From: a virus | Taxonomy: Duplodnaviria; Heunggongvirae; Uroviricota; Caudoviricetes | IMG/VR virus record: IMGVR_UViG_2524614843_000001 | Location: 39,279-103,278 of that record | Direction: 5' to 3' (one strand) | DNA: 64,000 nucleotides | Shown here: positions 37,487 to 47,189 of the stretch, one piece after another | How positions within the stretch are numbered: the first letter of the stretch is position 1 | Layout of the letters: each line of letters opens with the position of its first letter | Program-made: the position numbers and the translations under genes | The notes under the pieces: model-generated | Told to the model about the DNA's origin: nothing | The model's database searches: none | The model's input: the letters and a program-made list of their open reading frames with translations, nothing else

Positions 37487-37825
37487 TTAGCCGATAGCGT
37501 CGAAAATGGCGTCACGTACTAGCTGCCCCAACTGAGGCGCCGCAACGATGCCCGTCCGGCGTTCGGTCTCTTGGCCGTCGGCATAAATGATCAGCGCAGG
37601 CACATTGCGCACACCGGCCATTTCAGTGATTGGCTCGGGCAGGGTATCTACCTCAACCTCGCCAAAACGCACCGAACCATCTTCGCGCGCCAGCTCTGCC
37701 GCTACTTGGTCAAAGATCGGCTTGAACTGCTTGCAGGGGCCGCAGAAGGTGGCAGAAACCTTGAGTACGGCAACGCCAGCGGTTTTTGCGAACTGATCGA
37801 AGTCCGCCTGATTCTTGATTTGCAT
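37487..37825 (-). CDS. trx: Thioredoxin
   Basis: Active site FCGPCKQF (CGPC). Confidence 0.85.
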   Translation of the reverse strand: MQIKNQADFDQFAKTAGVAVLKVSATFCGPCKQFKPIFDQVAAELAREDGSVRFGEVEVDTLPEPITEMAGVRNVPALIIYADGQETERRTGIVAAPQLGQLVRDAIFDAIG

Positions 37826-37844
37826 GGGTTTTCCTTCTTTCTCG

Positions 37845-37861
37845 CTTTCTATCTATCTATC
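37845..37861. repeat. Class-B motif copy CTTTCTATCTATCTATC in trx 5' leader
   Basis: Minus reads GATAGATAGATAGAAAG cg AGAAAGAAGGAAAAccc ATG. Confidence 0.6.
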
Positions 37862-37878
37862 TTGCTATTTAGCTAGCC

Positions 37879-38889
37879 TTAATCATCATCGCCCCAATCC
37901 AGCGCACCGCTCTTATACGAAACCACTTTGGTCTCGAAGAAGTTACGCAGGTTGCCGTTGATGGAGCTGTAATCCAAGAACCAAGGAATCGGATTGCTCA
38001 CCATATAGATTGGCTCCATACCAAGCATTACCGCACGGTCATCAACCAGCCACTTCACAAAGTCGGTAATGATGGCCGGCGTCAGGCCCATTACACCCTT
38101 CTCGACGATGTGGCAGCCCCAGGTGATTTCCAGATTGCCGGCGTTGATCAGAAGTTGGCGAGCGTCGCGCCAGAAGTCGGCATCAAAGATCTCGGGGTTC
38201 TCTTCGCGCAGTGTCCGGAACATCGACAGGAAGAGCGCCAAATGCGACTCCTCGTCCCTCTGTATGAGCTTAATTCCTTCGGCAGTACCAGGCATCTTGG
38301 AATTGCGCGCCAGCGCGTAGAAGGTGGCAAAGGCCGAGTAGAAGTAGATGCCCTCCAGCGCGATATTCGAGACCACTGCGAGCGCGAAATTGCGCGGGCT
38401 ATAGTCGTTACCCAAGATCGCGGACTGCGCCAGAATGTGCTCGTTCTTGGCTGCGAGAATGTCGTCGCGCATGAACAGGGTGTAAATGCTGCTCGGGTCG
38501 TCGGTGATCGCTTCGATGATGGTTGAGTAGGCCTTCACATGCAGCGCTTCTTCCCAAGTCTGCCGGCTGATGGCCATGCGGACTTCCGGACTGGTGATGT
38601 AGGGCGCAATGTTGTCCGCTAGGTTGTGGAACTGGATACCGTCGAGATTGGATACGAAGGCTAGTGCGCTGTCGAAAGCGTGACGCTCACCGGTGGTCAG
38701 ATCACCACCCTTGTACTGCATAACGTCGCGGCCAAGTGCCATCTCCTTGACCGTCCAGTTATTGCTTTCCATTGTTTCGATTAACTCCCAAGCCCATTTG
38801 TGCTTGAGTGGTGATACGCACATCAGACGATCGTGGGAGCCGCCGATGAGCCGGCGATTGTTGACTGATTCGATGATGGCTTGTTGCAT
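37879..38889 (-). CDS. nrdB: Ribonucleotide reductase class I small (beta) subunit
   Basis: 336 aa; di-iron ligand motifs incl. DEESHLALF. Confidence 0.85.
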   Translation of the reverse strand: MQQAIIESVNNRRLIGGSHDRLMCVSPLKHKWAWELIETMESNNWTVKEMALGRDVMQYKGGDLTTGERHAFDSALAFVSNLDGIQFHNLADNIAPYITSPEVRMAISRQTWEEALHVKAYSTIIEAITDDPSSIYTLFMRDDILAAKNEHILAQSAILGNDYSPRNFALAVVSNIALEGIYFYSAFATFYALARNSKMPGTAEGIKLIQRDEESHLALFLSMFRTLREENPEIFDADFWRDARQLLINAGNLEITWGCHIVEKGVMGLTPAIITDFVKWLVDDRAVMLGMEPIYMVSNPIPWFLDYSSINGNLRNFFETKVVSYKSGALDWGDDD

Positions 38890-38910
38890 GTTGTGTTTTC
38901 CTCTACGTTA

Positions 38911-38930
38911 GTCATCGATGACTGACTAAT
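38911..38930 (-). promoter_or_regulatory. Class-A motif copy (GTCAtcgaTGACTgACTAAT)
   Basis: Palindromic core AGTCATCGATGACT identical to copy at 8455. Confidence 0.5.
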
Positions 38931-39046
38931 GATAACGGAAACTTAATGGCGCGTCTGTCGTCTGTAGAGTGTCACCGGTAGTATTTTATTGCTGGTATGA
39001 TGCAAAATGCCGACAATAGACTGGCATTTTGCAAATGGAGGTTCTG

Positions 39047-39835
39047 ATGAATGTGAAATCGCTATTTTGGTCTCGTAGAAGGGTCAAAGAGCGCAATGCC
39101 AGGGCGCTTTCTCTACAGCCAAGCAGGAATCAGTCCGACACTTTGGTTGTGAATGTGATTGCCGATCTGTCACAGGCTGATCTTTGCGGTCAAAATATTG
39201 CTCAGCAGGATTCGACAAGTAAAGCGCCAAAAAGATTGCACATGTCTAGGGTTATTGGAAAAAGAGGCGATGGTCGTCAGCGCAGCTCAGTTGTAAATAA
39301 ATTGAGCTATGCCTCTCCCTTTGATGCTACAAGCTTTTCGGTAGAGCTGGATTCAAACGGCGAGCTGAAAATATACCATCCAAAGAAAGCGCATCCGGTA
39401 CGTCCTTCAAACGATGAACTCTTGTACTACAAGGGGCGCCCAATCTCATTAGACCATGCAGGCGACATCAAGCAGAGCATCGCTTTTGCCAAGATGATTG
39501 AAGAAGGGCTCGACACGAAAACCATAAGGGCTCTTTTGGATGTAGGATTTACGCAGACTGAGCTCGATGTGGTCATACCTGCACGCACTCTGAAACGCAG
39601 GCTTGTATCTGATCAACAGCTGACCCGTGAAGAGTCGGCAAAATTGGTGCGATACGTTCGCACCTTCTCATCGGCTCTTGAGATCTTTGGCGATAAGGAA
39701 AAAGCGCTGGCATGGTTAAGAGCCCCCAAGAAGAAGCTGGATGGCAAAACGCCGCTCGATCTTCTGTCAAACGAAATAGCGGCTCAAGTAGTTGAGGATT
39801 ACCTTGGACAAATTCAGTCAGGGTACTTCGCATGA
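39047..39835 (+). CDS. Xre/MbcA/ParS-type antitoxin (C-terminal HTH + DUF2384 domain) with unusual about 110-aa N-terminal extension
   Basis: C-terminal ...GKTPLDLLSNEIAAQVVEDYLGQIQSGYFA typical of RES-partner antitoxins; GGAGG RBS; lower GC than surroundings; start uncertain. Confidence 0.55.
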   Translation: MNVKSLFWSRRRVKERNARALSLQPSRNQSDTLVVNVIADLSQADLCGQNIAQQDSTSKAPKRLHMSRVIGKRGDGRQRSSVVNKLSYASPFDATSFSVELDSNGELKIYHPKKAHPVRPSNDELLYYKGRPISLDHAGDIKQSIAFAKMIEEGLDTKTIRALLDVGFTQTELDVVIPARTLKRRLVSDQQLTREESAKLVRYVRTFSSALEIFGDKEKALAWLRAPKKKLDGKTPLDLLSNEIAAQVVEDYLGQIQSGYFA

Positions 39836-40266
39836 AGCTATATCGCATCAGTAATTATGCCGATTTGCAAGGGGAGGGAGGCCGGCGTTTTTCTGCTCGG
39901 TGGCATCACAAAGGCGAGCCGATTGTTTATCTTGGTGAGTCTGTGACTGGCTGTATGCTTGAGGTGATGGTTCACATAGAGGCGGATGTACCGGATACCT
40001 TCAAGCTAAGTACCGTAGAAACGAACGATGCGTCCGTACAAGCGCTCGACGTTTCCTCACTGCCAACAAACTGGCGGGACGATCAGGGTGTAACCAAGCA
40101 GATTGGAACGGAGTGGCTGGCCGATCAGTCCTCGGCCTTGCTGAGAGTGCCTAGCGCTATCGCGCCTGAAACATGGAACTACCTACTCAATCCAAAGCAT
40201 CCGGATGCGGCCAAGTGTGAGATTGTGGACGTGGATGATTACCCTTGGGACAAGCGCCTATTTTAA
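39832..40266 (+). CDS. RES-domain toxin (NAD+-targeting, MbcT/ParT-like)
   Basis: 144 aa; R..E..S motifs GGRRFSARW...YLGES...EVMVH; overlaps antitoxin stop. Confidence 0.7.
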   Translation: MKLYRISNYADLQGEGGRRFSARWHHKGEPIVYLGESVTGCMLEVMVHIEADVPDTFKLSTVETNDASVQALDVSSLPTNWRDDQGVTKQIGTEWLADQSSALLRVPSAIAPETWNYLLNPKHPDAAKCEIVDVDDYPWDKRLF

Positions 40267-40296
40267 ACCCGGCTTTCGCCGGGTTTATTTTTACTA
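40267..40296 (+). terminator. Rho-independent terminator (AAACCCGGC-tttc-GCCGGGTTT + ATTTTT)
   Basis: Hairpin plus T-run after RES gene. Confidence 0.7.
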
Positions 40297-40518
40297 CTGA
40301 CTAAAGACGACCTCCGCCACCGCCTCTCGGTGCTCGCCATTAAGCCTGTACGCTACTGCACCTTTAGCCCTTCCCGCGATGTAGTAGCCTATCGCTGGAT
40401 TGTCCGACTTGCCTTCTGGAAAGACAATGAGCGGTTTGATGTGTGTGGCGCCCGATGGCAAGCCTGTGACCTTAAATGGCGTATCTGATGTTGCGTTGAT
40501 GATAATTTGAACTGGCAT
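40294..40518 (-). CDS. Hypothetical small protein (74 aa)
   Basis: Start at MPVQIIINAT with AGGAGG RBS. Confidence 0.4.
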   Translation of the reverse strand: MPVQIIINATSDTPFKVTGLPSGATHIKPLIVFPEGKSDNPAIGYYIAGRAKGAVAYRLNGEHREAVAEVVFSQ

Positions 40519-40650
40519 ATTGGAATCCTCCTGTATTGTGCCTTGTGGATAGAGCAGAGAAGCAAACCGATGCTTCAAGCTCGTCATAGTTATTTATTGC
40601 CGCAGAAAAAAAACAGCCCAAAATGGGCTGTTTTTCTGCTCTGCAAGGCC

Positions 40651-42975
40651 TTACTGGCAGGATTCGCAGTCTGGATTATCCACTGCGCACATTTTGCCAA
40701 GCTCGGGCGCTGGCGATTCGGCCTTTGCCTTCACTTCGCTAGATGGAGTGCGCAAGTAGTAGGTGGTCTTGCAGCCCAACTCCCAAGCCAGTTCGTACCA
40801 GCCGGACAGTGTTGGGCCATCGATGCCGCCGTCCTTGTCAACGAAAATGTTGAGGGACTGCGACTGGTCAATCCACTTGCCGCGGACTGCAGCCGCCTTG
40901 ATCAGCCAGGTCTGCGCAATTTCAAACGCAGTCTTGATGATCTTGCGGCCGTAGCGCAGAGTCGGGTCAATCACGCGATAGTCGCCGCCCAAGTTGGATG
41001 CGGTGTATTCGCGCTGATAAACCGGCTCGATGCAAGGCGTGGTACCGACGATATTGCTGATCGTTGCCGTTGGCGCAATGGCCATGCAGTTAGAGTTGCG
41101 CATACCGAAGGTCATCACCAGTTCACGAACACCTTCCCAATCGCACGTAGACCACTCGCCATCATGCAGTGCGGCTACTGCATCCTTATTGATCACAGTG
41201 TCGATCGGTAGAATGCCCTTCGACCACTTCGAGCCGGCAAAGCTAGGATACGCACCGCGCTCCTGCGCCAGCTCGCATGAGGCGATGATTGCGCAATAGC
41301 TGACCCATTCCATCATGCGGTCAGCGGCCTCTAAATGCTCGCGGCTATCCCATTCGTAGCCGGCAGCGGCCAGCCACTCGGTATAGCCCATGATGCCTAA
41401 ACCAACAGGGCGATGACGCAGATTGGATGCGCGCGCTCGCTCAGATGGGTAGAAGTTAATGTCGATCACGTTGTCGAGCATACGCATTGCCGTTGATACC
41501 GTGCGCTTGAGCTTGGCTGAGTCCAGCGTGATGTACTTCTCGCCGTTCTCTTCCACTTCGATCAAGTGGCGCGACAGGTTTACCGAGCCCAGGTTGCAGA
41601 CTGCCGTTTCGTCATCGCTGGTGTTCAGCGTGATCTCGGTGCAGAGGTTGGAGTTATGCACCACGCCAACGTGATCTTGCGGGCTGCGCAGATTGCAAGC
41701 GTCTTTGAAGTTCACCCAAGGATGACCGGTCTCGAACAGCATGGTCAGCATTTTGCGCCACAGCTTGCGTGCCGGCATTTGGCTGTGAATCTTCTCAGGC
41801 TCATTTTCGACGATTTCGTTGTAGCGCTTGCTGAACGCCTCGCCATACAGATCGTGCAGCTCTGGTGCCACGCTCGGGTCGATGAAGAACCACTCAGCCT
41901 TCGCCTTGACGCGCTTCATGAACTCGTCCGGAATCCAGCTGGCAGGGAAAATGTCGTGCGCGCGGCGGCGCTCGTCACCAGTGTTTTTCTTGAGCTCGCA
42001 GAAGGCAGGGAAGTCCGGATGCCAGGGCTCCATGTATGCAGCGAATGCGCCATTGCGCTTGCCGCCCTGATTAACCGCTACCGCAGTATCGTTGAACACT
42101 TTGAGATAAGGAATGGTGCCGGCCGATTTGCCTTGTGTACCCTTGATCAACGCACCTTCACCACGAACGCGAGTCCAGTCAGTACCGATACCACCGGCCC
42201 ACTTCGACAGCATGGCGCACTCTTCAATCGTGCCGTAAATAGAGGCATGGCGCGCATTGATCGGGTCGTCCGAAGTCAGCGTATCGGCTACCGTGTTCAG
42301 ATAACAGCTCGACAATTGGCTGCGCGGCGTGCCGGCGTTGAACAGGGTAGGGGTGCTGCTCATGAAGTCGAAGGTCGAGAGCACATTGTAAAATTCGATG
42401 GCGCGCAGAGTCGGGTGCGGCTCATTGATTGCCAGGCCCATCGCAACACGCATAAAGAAATGCTGCGGCATTTCGATGATCTTGCCCTTGCGCTCTTTAC
42501 CTACGGGGTCAAGACGAATCAGGTAGCGATCAGCAACCGCACTGATGCCTTGATAATCGAACAACAAGTCACGGCTTGGGTCGATGGCATCATTGAGCTG
42601 CTTGAAATTGAATAGGCCAGAATCCAACACTGGATTGAGTCGGCCAATCTTTACGCCTTTGGCGATATAGCTTTCCAATGAAGGGTATTCAACATCACCA
42701 CCGGTCACTTCCTTGATGATGCGCTGATACATCAGACGCGCAGCAAAGAAACGGTAGTCCTGTTTATCCAACGCAATAAAGCCAGCGGCCGTCCGAATCG
42801 CCGCCTCTTGGATTTCGTGTGTGCTAATGCCCTCATACAGTTGCGGAATTACTGCATCAAGAACCAGCTTAGCGTCAACATCAAGCCCCTTTCCGGCAAT
42901 AACAAGGGCATTAAGTAGTTTGTCGCTATTAAATTGAACTTGAGAACCGGAGCGTTTTTGTACGTTTTTCAGCAT
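40651..42975 (-). CDS. nrdA: Ribonucleotide reductase class I large (alpha) subunit with N-terminal ATP-cone
   Basis: 774 aa; ATP-cone, catalytic Cys motifs, C-terminal CxxC-like tail (CAVDNPDCESCQ). Confidence 0.9.
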   Translation of the reverse strand: MLKNVQKRSGSQVQFNSDKLLNALVIAGKGLDVDAKLVLDAVIPQLYEGISTHEIQEAAIRTAAGFIALDKQDYRFFAARLMYQRIIKEVTGGDVEYPSLESYIAKGVKIGRLNPVLDSGLFNFKQLNDAIDPSRDLLFDYQGISAVADRYLIRLDPVGKERKGKIIEMPQHFFMRVAMGLAINEPHPTLRAIEFYNVLSTFDFMSSTPTLFNAGTPRSQLSSCYLNTVADTLTSDDPINARHASIYGTIEECAMLSKWAGGIGTDWTRVRGEGALIKGTQGKSAGTIPYLKVFNDTAVAVNQGGKRNGAFAAYMEPWHPDFPAFCELKKNTGDERRRAHDIFPASWIPDEFMKRVKAKAEWFFIDPSVAPELHDLYGEAFSKRYNEIVENEPEKIHSQMPARKLWRKMLTMLFETGHPWVNFKDACNLRSPQDHVGVVHNSNLCTEITLNTSDDETAVCNLGSVNLSRHLIEVEENGEKYITLDSAKLKRTVSTAMRMLDNVIDINFYPSERARASNLRHRPVGLGIMGYTEWLAAAGYEWDSREHLEAADRMMEWVSYCAIIASCELAQERGAYPSFAGSKWSKGILPIDTVINKDAVAALHDGEWSTCDWEGVRELVMTFGMRNSNCMAIAPTATISNIVGTTPCIEPVYQREYTASNLGGDYRVIDPTLRYGRKIIKTAFEIAQTWLIKAAAVRGKWIDQSQSLNIFVDKDGGIDGPTLSGWYELAWELGCKTTYYLRTPSSEVKAKAESPAPELGKMCAVDNPDCESCQ

Positions 42976-43013
42976 AAATAACAGCCTTTCTTATTAAATA
43001 ACGTGTGACTTAC

Positions 43014-43598
43014 CTACTTTTTATTAAAAAAAGAGGTAGCCATCGCCGTTGCGCTCTTGAACTGTTCGGTTATAACACCTGCGTTAATAACCCCCACCGA
43101 ATCGGCCAAATGCTCGTTTTTGCCGAGCAATTCGATCTGCCCCTTGTACTTCCGCGTGAGCCAGGGAAGCGAAGGGTACCGATCAACGGCCCAATCGATG
43201 ATCTCCTTTTTCGTTGCGTTTCGTTTTCCAACCGTGACCATTTTGACCTCTTCCTCTTTCACTTCGATTAGAGGCAAATCTAGTCCGGCCAGAATGCCGA
43301 CCACAATCCCGAATGACTTGGCAGCAGACGCGCTTTGCCCTCCGGTTGGCACTTCTGCGATCAGCATTGACGCTTGGGTGTGTTGAATGTACTGACGCAC
43401 ACCCTGCACAATCTCCCGAGCGCACCGCAAATCATCGCTATTACGGCGCACCTTTTTGCTGTTATCACGCTCGGTTTCAATCAAGCGTAGATCATGTAAT
43501 GTAAGTTGCCCGTTACTTAGGTCGTAACTGGCATGACTCAATCCTACATTGCGAAAAGCTGCATCGATTCCAACGATGCTTAACTGGTGATGAAACAT
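43014..43598 (-). CDS. RuvC-like Holliday-junction resolvase
   Basis: IVGIDAAFRNVGL (RuvC motif I), IAEVP, ADSVGVINAG; start placed at MFHHQ. Confidence 0.6.
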   Translation of the reverse strand: MFHHQLSIVGIDAAFRNVGLSHASYDLSNGQLTLHDLRLIETERDNSKKVRRNSDDLRCAREIVQGVRQYIQHTQASMLIAEVPTGGQSASAAKSFGIVVGILAGLDLPLIEVKEEEVKMVTVGKRNATKKEIIDWAVDRYPSLPWLTRKYKGQIELLGKNEHLADSVGVINAGVITEQFKSATAMATSFFNKK

Positions 43599-43653
43599 GG
43601 CGATATTATTCTGTAACAATCAAATGTAAGCAAACCTGCCTGGCAAATATTAT

Positions 43654-43672
43654 GTCATTGATGACTTACTTA
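43654..43672 (-). promoter_or_regulatory. Class-A motif copy (GTCAttgaTGACTTACTTA)
   Basis: In 370-bp AT-rich gap upstream of resolvase gene. Confidence 0.55.
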
Positions 43673-43986
43673 TGCAGGCAAAGATTTGAAGTCAATAGTA
43701 AAAGTAAACAACAAAGAGCAGGCGGGCCGGTCAGGTGACGCTTCACTTCATTCATTTTTAACCTCCAGTTTAACTGCCAGCTGATGTTCTCTAAGCTGGC
43801 TTTTGATTGAAAATAAAAGAGATTTCTCTTTCATTTCATATTGTTATGTCATTGTTACGGGTCAGCAACAATCACTATTTGAGGCCAGCAGGGGATGTAA
43901 TATGGTTGCCAAAGTCATAAATTCAATCCCTAAGAAAGTGGCCTCAAGTTAAATCAAACGTATGACCAAAAGCCGACGAACGGTAG

Positions 43987-44640
43987 CTACCAAGAGCCGT
44001 ATCCTGCCTCAAAACGTTGCTCTTTGAGCACTGCCTTTTGGCGAAAACTTTCAAGTAACTTCTGGCATTCTTGATCAATTGCGTCAGCAACAATCCAATA
44101 CTCACCCTGATCGAGCCGAACAAGGCTAAGCTCGGAAGTCACGGCATAAGTCTTGTCGGCGTCGAGCTCCGGAATCACAAAGTTGAAGGTATTTGTGCAA
44201 GAGCCAAATTGGCCAATTTTCGTATCCGCATTGATCAAGCGAGCAGTGGAGCCACTCGTGACCAAGTAGCTGTTGACCTTATCAATCACTCTGTTGATCA
44301 AATTGCTAGGGTCATATTCTTTTTCGATCAATGCGCCTCTGAACTTGTCCATGATTTTCTCAGCCACACTCTCCGGCGTAATTGGCTCTGATATAAGCAT
44401 CGAATCCGCATAGCTTAGGGACAGTCTTAGGCACAATTGATGACCCTCTATGTCCGCCACAATCCTAAAAACAGATGACTCATTAGGCACATCGTCGTAA
44501 CAGTCGAGCTTGAACTCTTCCGGCTTCAAGCCATAGGTTGTCATCCGGAGAATCAAGCTGTCGTTTACCAGCTTGGTAAATTCCGATGAGCCAATTTTTG
44601 GCGCCTCTTTAGGTCTTTTCATAAACTTAAACATCACCAA
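43987..44640 (-). CDS. Hypothetical protein ending in ...AGYGSW
   Basis: 217 aa. Confidence 0.5.
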   Translation of the reverse strand: MVMFKFMKRPKEAPKIGSSEFTKLVNDSLILRMTTYGLKPEEFKLDCYDDVPNESSVFRIVADIEGHQLCLRLSLSYADSMLISEPITPESVAEKIMDKFRGALIEKEYDPSNLINRVIDKVNSYLVTSGSTARLINADTKIGQFGSCTNTFNFVIPELDADKTYAVTSELSLVRLDQGEYWIVADAIDQECQKLLESFRQKAVLKEQRFEAGYGSW

Positions 44641-45146
44641 CTCCCATACCCTAGATCGTTACGCTCTGCTTGAAGCGCGGCTTTCGCTTCTTTTTCCTTC
44701 CTTAATGCTTCCAGCTGAGCGCGCGCAGCTTGAGGGGTAACGACGGAACTGATCACCCAAGCGATCAACTCTTCCAGCGTCCTAGCGCTTCCGAATTGAT
44801 CTTTGGGGCGACCGGTCACAATCCATCGTCCGAAGTTGACCACAATGCGGCCAAGCTCCAGCTCATCAGTGGCGGTATTGCGGACGAAATTACCCTTCTC
44901 GTCGCGCATAGCCACATGAAAATGCAGATCACGGCCTGAATTGACCGCCTCAACGCTGAGCACCTCCCACTCGCTGTCAGGCTTTGCAACCCTTGATTGG
45001 ATGCCGCCAACCGAATAGATCGTTTCGCCTGGTGCGATGGGACTTAGAACGAGCCGCTCGGCGCCGCTCGTTCTTTCGCTGATGATGCCGTTGAGTGCGA
45101 TTTCAACCTGACGATTCAGGCTGGCAACGTCAGCAAGTCCAGCCAT
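44634..45146 (-). CDS. Hypothetical protein ending in ...LGYGSW
   Basis: 170 aa; shares C-terminal GYGSW tail with the adjacent gene. Confidence 0.5.
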   Translation of the reverse strand: MAGLADVASLNRQVEIALNGIISERTSGAERLVLSPIAPGETIYSVGGIQSRVAKPDSEWEVLSVEAVNSGRDLHFHVAMRDEKGNFVRNTATDELELGRIVVNFGRWIVTGRPKDQFGSARTLEELIAWVISSVVTPQAARAQLEALRKEKEAKAALQAERNDLGYGSW

Positions 45147-45149
45147 GAT

Positions 45150-47189
45150 TTAGACCTCCACTCGACTAATGCCGCCTTCTTTGACGACGGTAACGTGCTG
45201 ATCAACCCATGCGTTCAGATCGTTATGGCTAATCACGATGACTGAGCCGCGCTCGCGTGCTTTCTCTTCCAGCAGAACCATCAAACGCTCAAGACCGGAG
45301 GTGTCCAGCGCGTGATCGACCTCATCGGCAATGAAGAGATCGACCGGCTTGGTCGCACGGCTGGCAACCAGGTCTTGCAGCGCCATTGCGCACGCCAGTC
45401 GCACCTTCCGCTTCTCGCCGCCCGACAGACCGGCGAAGTTGGCCGCACCCTTCTCATTGGTGACGTGGATTGTGAATTTCTCGCGCAGCTCGCCCTTGCT
45501 GGTAGTCGAGAGCGTGCTCCATTGCGCCGTGATGTTGCCGTCAGACAAGCCGCCCAAGTAGTGCGAAGTACGGTCGTTCAGATAGGGCGTAACCGTGTCC
45601 AGAATGTGCGCCCGCACGCCAGCCGGCGAATAAACACGCTTCACTTCTTCCGCCACTTCCAACTCGACGGTCGCTTTCTCGATCTCGGCAATCACAATGG
45701 CGATTGTCTCTTCGAGCTCCCCGCGTCGCTCTTCGGCAGCAGCCATACGCGGAACAACTGGATTGGCGGCGTGACGCTCTCGGTCGAGCTCGGCTTGCAG
45801 TCGCTTGAGCTCAGCTTCTTTGTTAGCCAGGTCATTGATCAACGTGCGCAAGGTCGTGACCCCAGCATTGAGCTTGCCAAGACGCTCCAGCAGCTCGGTC
45901 GGCTTCACAACAGCCGCTTTCTCGGCCGCAATGGTCGCCTCTAGCGCTGCGCGCTTCGATTCGTGCGCAGCAATCGCATCAGCCTGTCGCTGCTTGGCTG
46001 CATTCAAATCGGTCGTCAGTACGGCCAACTCGTTCTTGATGGTCGTCGCCTCGCCTGCAGTGGCTTTGGTCTTTTCCAGCAGATGCGACTTGAGCGTTTC
46101 CAGCTCTTCCGGCGTGTGGGGCTTGCCGCATTCCGTGCAAGGCTTGGCCAACTCCGCTTCCGCATTGTCATAGCGGCTCTTGAGTGACTTAGCCTCACTC
46201 ACCTTGCGGTCCATATCGGCCTGTTTAATTGCAATCTGCCGATTCAGACGGTCGATTTCCGGCTGGTCTGCCGCGCTCGGATTGATCTTGCGCAGCTCGG
46301 CGAGCTCCGTTTCCGCTTTCACCAGTGCGGCGCCCGGGCGGCTCGCATCCTCGATAGCCTTATTGACTCGCTCGATCTCGCCATTGAGTTTGGCCAAGCT
46401 CCCATGCGCGTCCTTCGCTTTAAGCGCATCCACTTCGCCGGATAGCTCTTTCTCTCGCTCTTCCAGCCGTTTGATTGTCGCAGCGCTGTTGTCCAGCCAC
46501 AGCTTGCTTTGCTCTTCCAGTTCGCCCTCTAGCTGCTTGCAGCCGTCGAGCTCGATGCCCAGCTTGGACTGACGCACCTGCAGCGCAGAAAGCGCCTCTT
46601 TCCGATCTTGCACGCAGCCGCTCGCGCGCTTGTAGGCTTCTTCCAGACGAGTAATGCCGGCAGCTTCCTCAACCAGCAGTTTGAGCTGCTTGTCCGTCAT
46701 GCTAGGCAGATCTGGCATCGCTTCCTGTCCGGAGTACACCGCGGACTTGAACACCTCATACGGGCAGCCCAAAACACGCTCGATTTCAGCCTGAGTTTCG
46801 CGCTCTGTGCCGCGCGTTAGGTCAAGGATGACTGTTACCCCGTCCGCCTGCACTTGCTCGAAATACAGGGCGTTTTTGTGCTCTTTCGACTTGCGATAGC
46901 GGCGCACACGGTAGATCTCACCACCTGGCTCGGAAAAGTGAACAGAGCCGAAGCATTCCTTCTTGGCGCGGTTGTTGATCACATCATCACCGGTCACGCC
47001 CTTCGCAGTCGTGCCATACACGACCCATGACAAGCCTTCGAGCAGCGAGGATTTGCCGGCGCCGTTGGAATCGGTCGAGGAATCGTCGCGGTTTTCGCCC
47101 TGTACTAGCAGCAGTCCGCGATCAGCTAGCGAGATTTCTGCCTCACCCAGCGTCATGAAGTTTTGCAGGAACAGTTTGCCGAATTTCAT
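45150..47189 (-). CDS. sbcC: SbcC/Rad50-like recombination ATPase
   Basis: 679 aa; Walker A GAGKSS, long coiled coils with CxxC zinc hook (CTECGKPH), C-terminal Walker B/D-loop LFIADEVDHALD. Confidence 0.8.
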   Translation of the reverse strand: MKFGKLFLQNFMTLGEAEISLADRGLLLVQGENRDDSSTDSNGAGKSSLLEGLSWVVYGTTAKGVTGDDVINNRAKKECFGSVHFSEPGGEIYRVRRYRKSKEHKNALYFEQVQADGVTVILDLTRGTERETQAEIERVLGCPYEVFKSAVYSGQEAMPDLPSMTDKQLKLLVEEAAGITRLEEAYKRASGCVQDRKEALSALQVRQSKLGIELDGCKQLEGELEEQSKLWLDNSAATIKRLEEREKELSGEVDALKAKDAHGSLAKLNGEIERVNKAIEDASRPGAALVKAETELAELRKINPSAADQPEIDRLNRQIAIKQADMDRKVSEAKSLKSRYDNAEAELAKPCTECGKPHTPEELETLKSHLLEKTKATAGEATTIKNELAVLTTDLNAAKQRQADAIAAHESKRAALEATIAAEKAAVVKPTELLERLGKLNAGVTTLRTLINDLANKEAELKRLQAELDRERHAANPVVPRMAAAEERRGELEETIAIVIAEIEKATVELEVAEEVKRVYSPAGVRAHILDTVTPYLNDRTSHYLGGLSDGNITAQWSTLSTTSKGELREKFTIHVTNEKGAANFAGLSGGEKRKVRLACAMALQDLVASRATKPVDLFIADEVDHALDTSGLERLMVLLEEKARERGSVIVISHNDLNAWVDQHVTVVKEGGISRVEV

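Noticed and set aside
38911-38930. Class-A copy 38911 as operator of the plus-strand RES-Xre cassette
   Set aside because: Its orientation and consensus match the minus-strand family upstream of nrdB. It is 120 nt from the antitoxin start, so there is no specific evidence for TA regulation.
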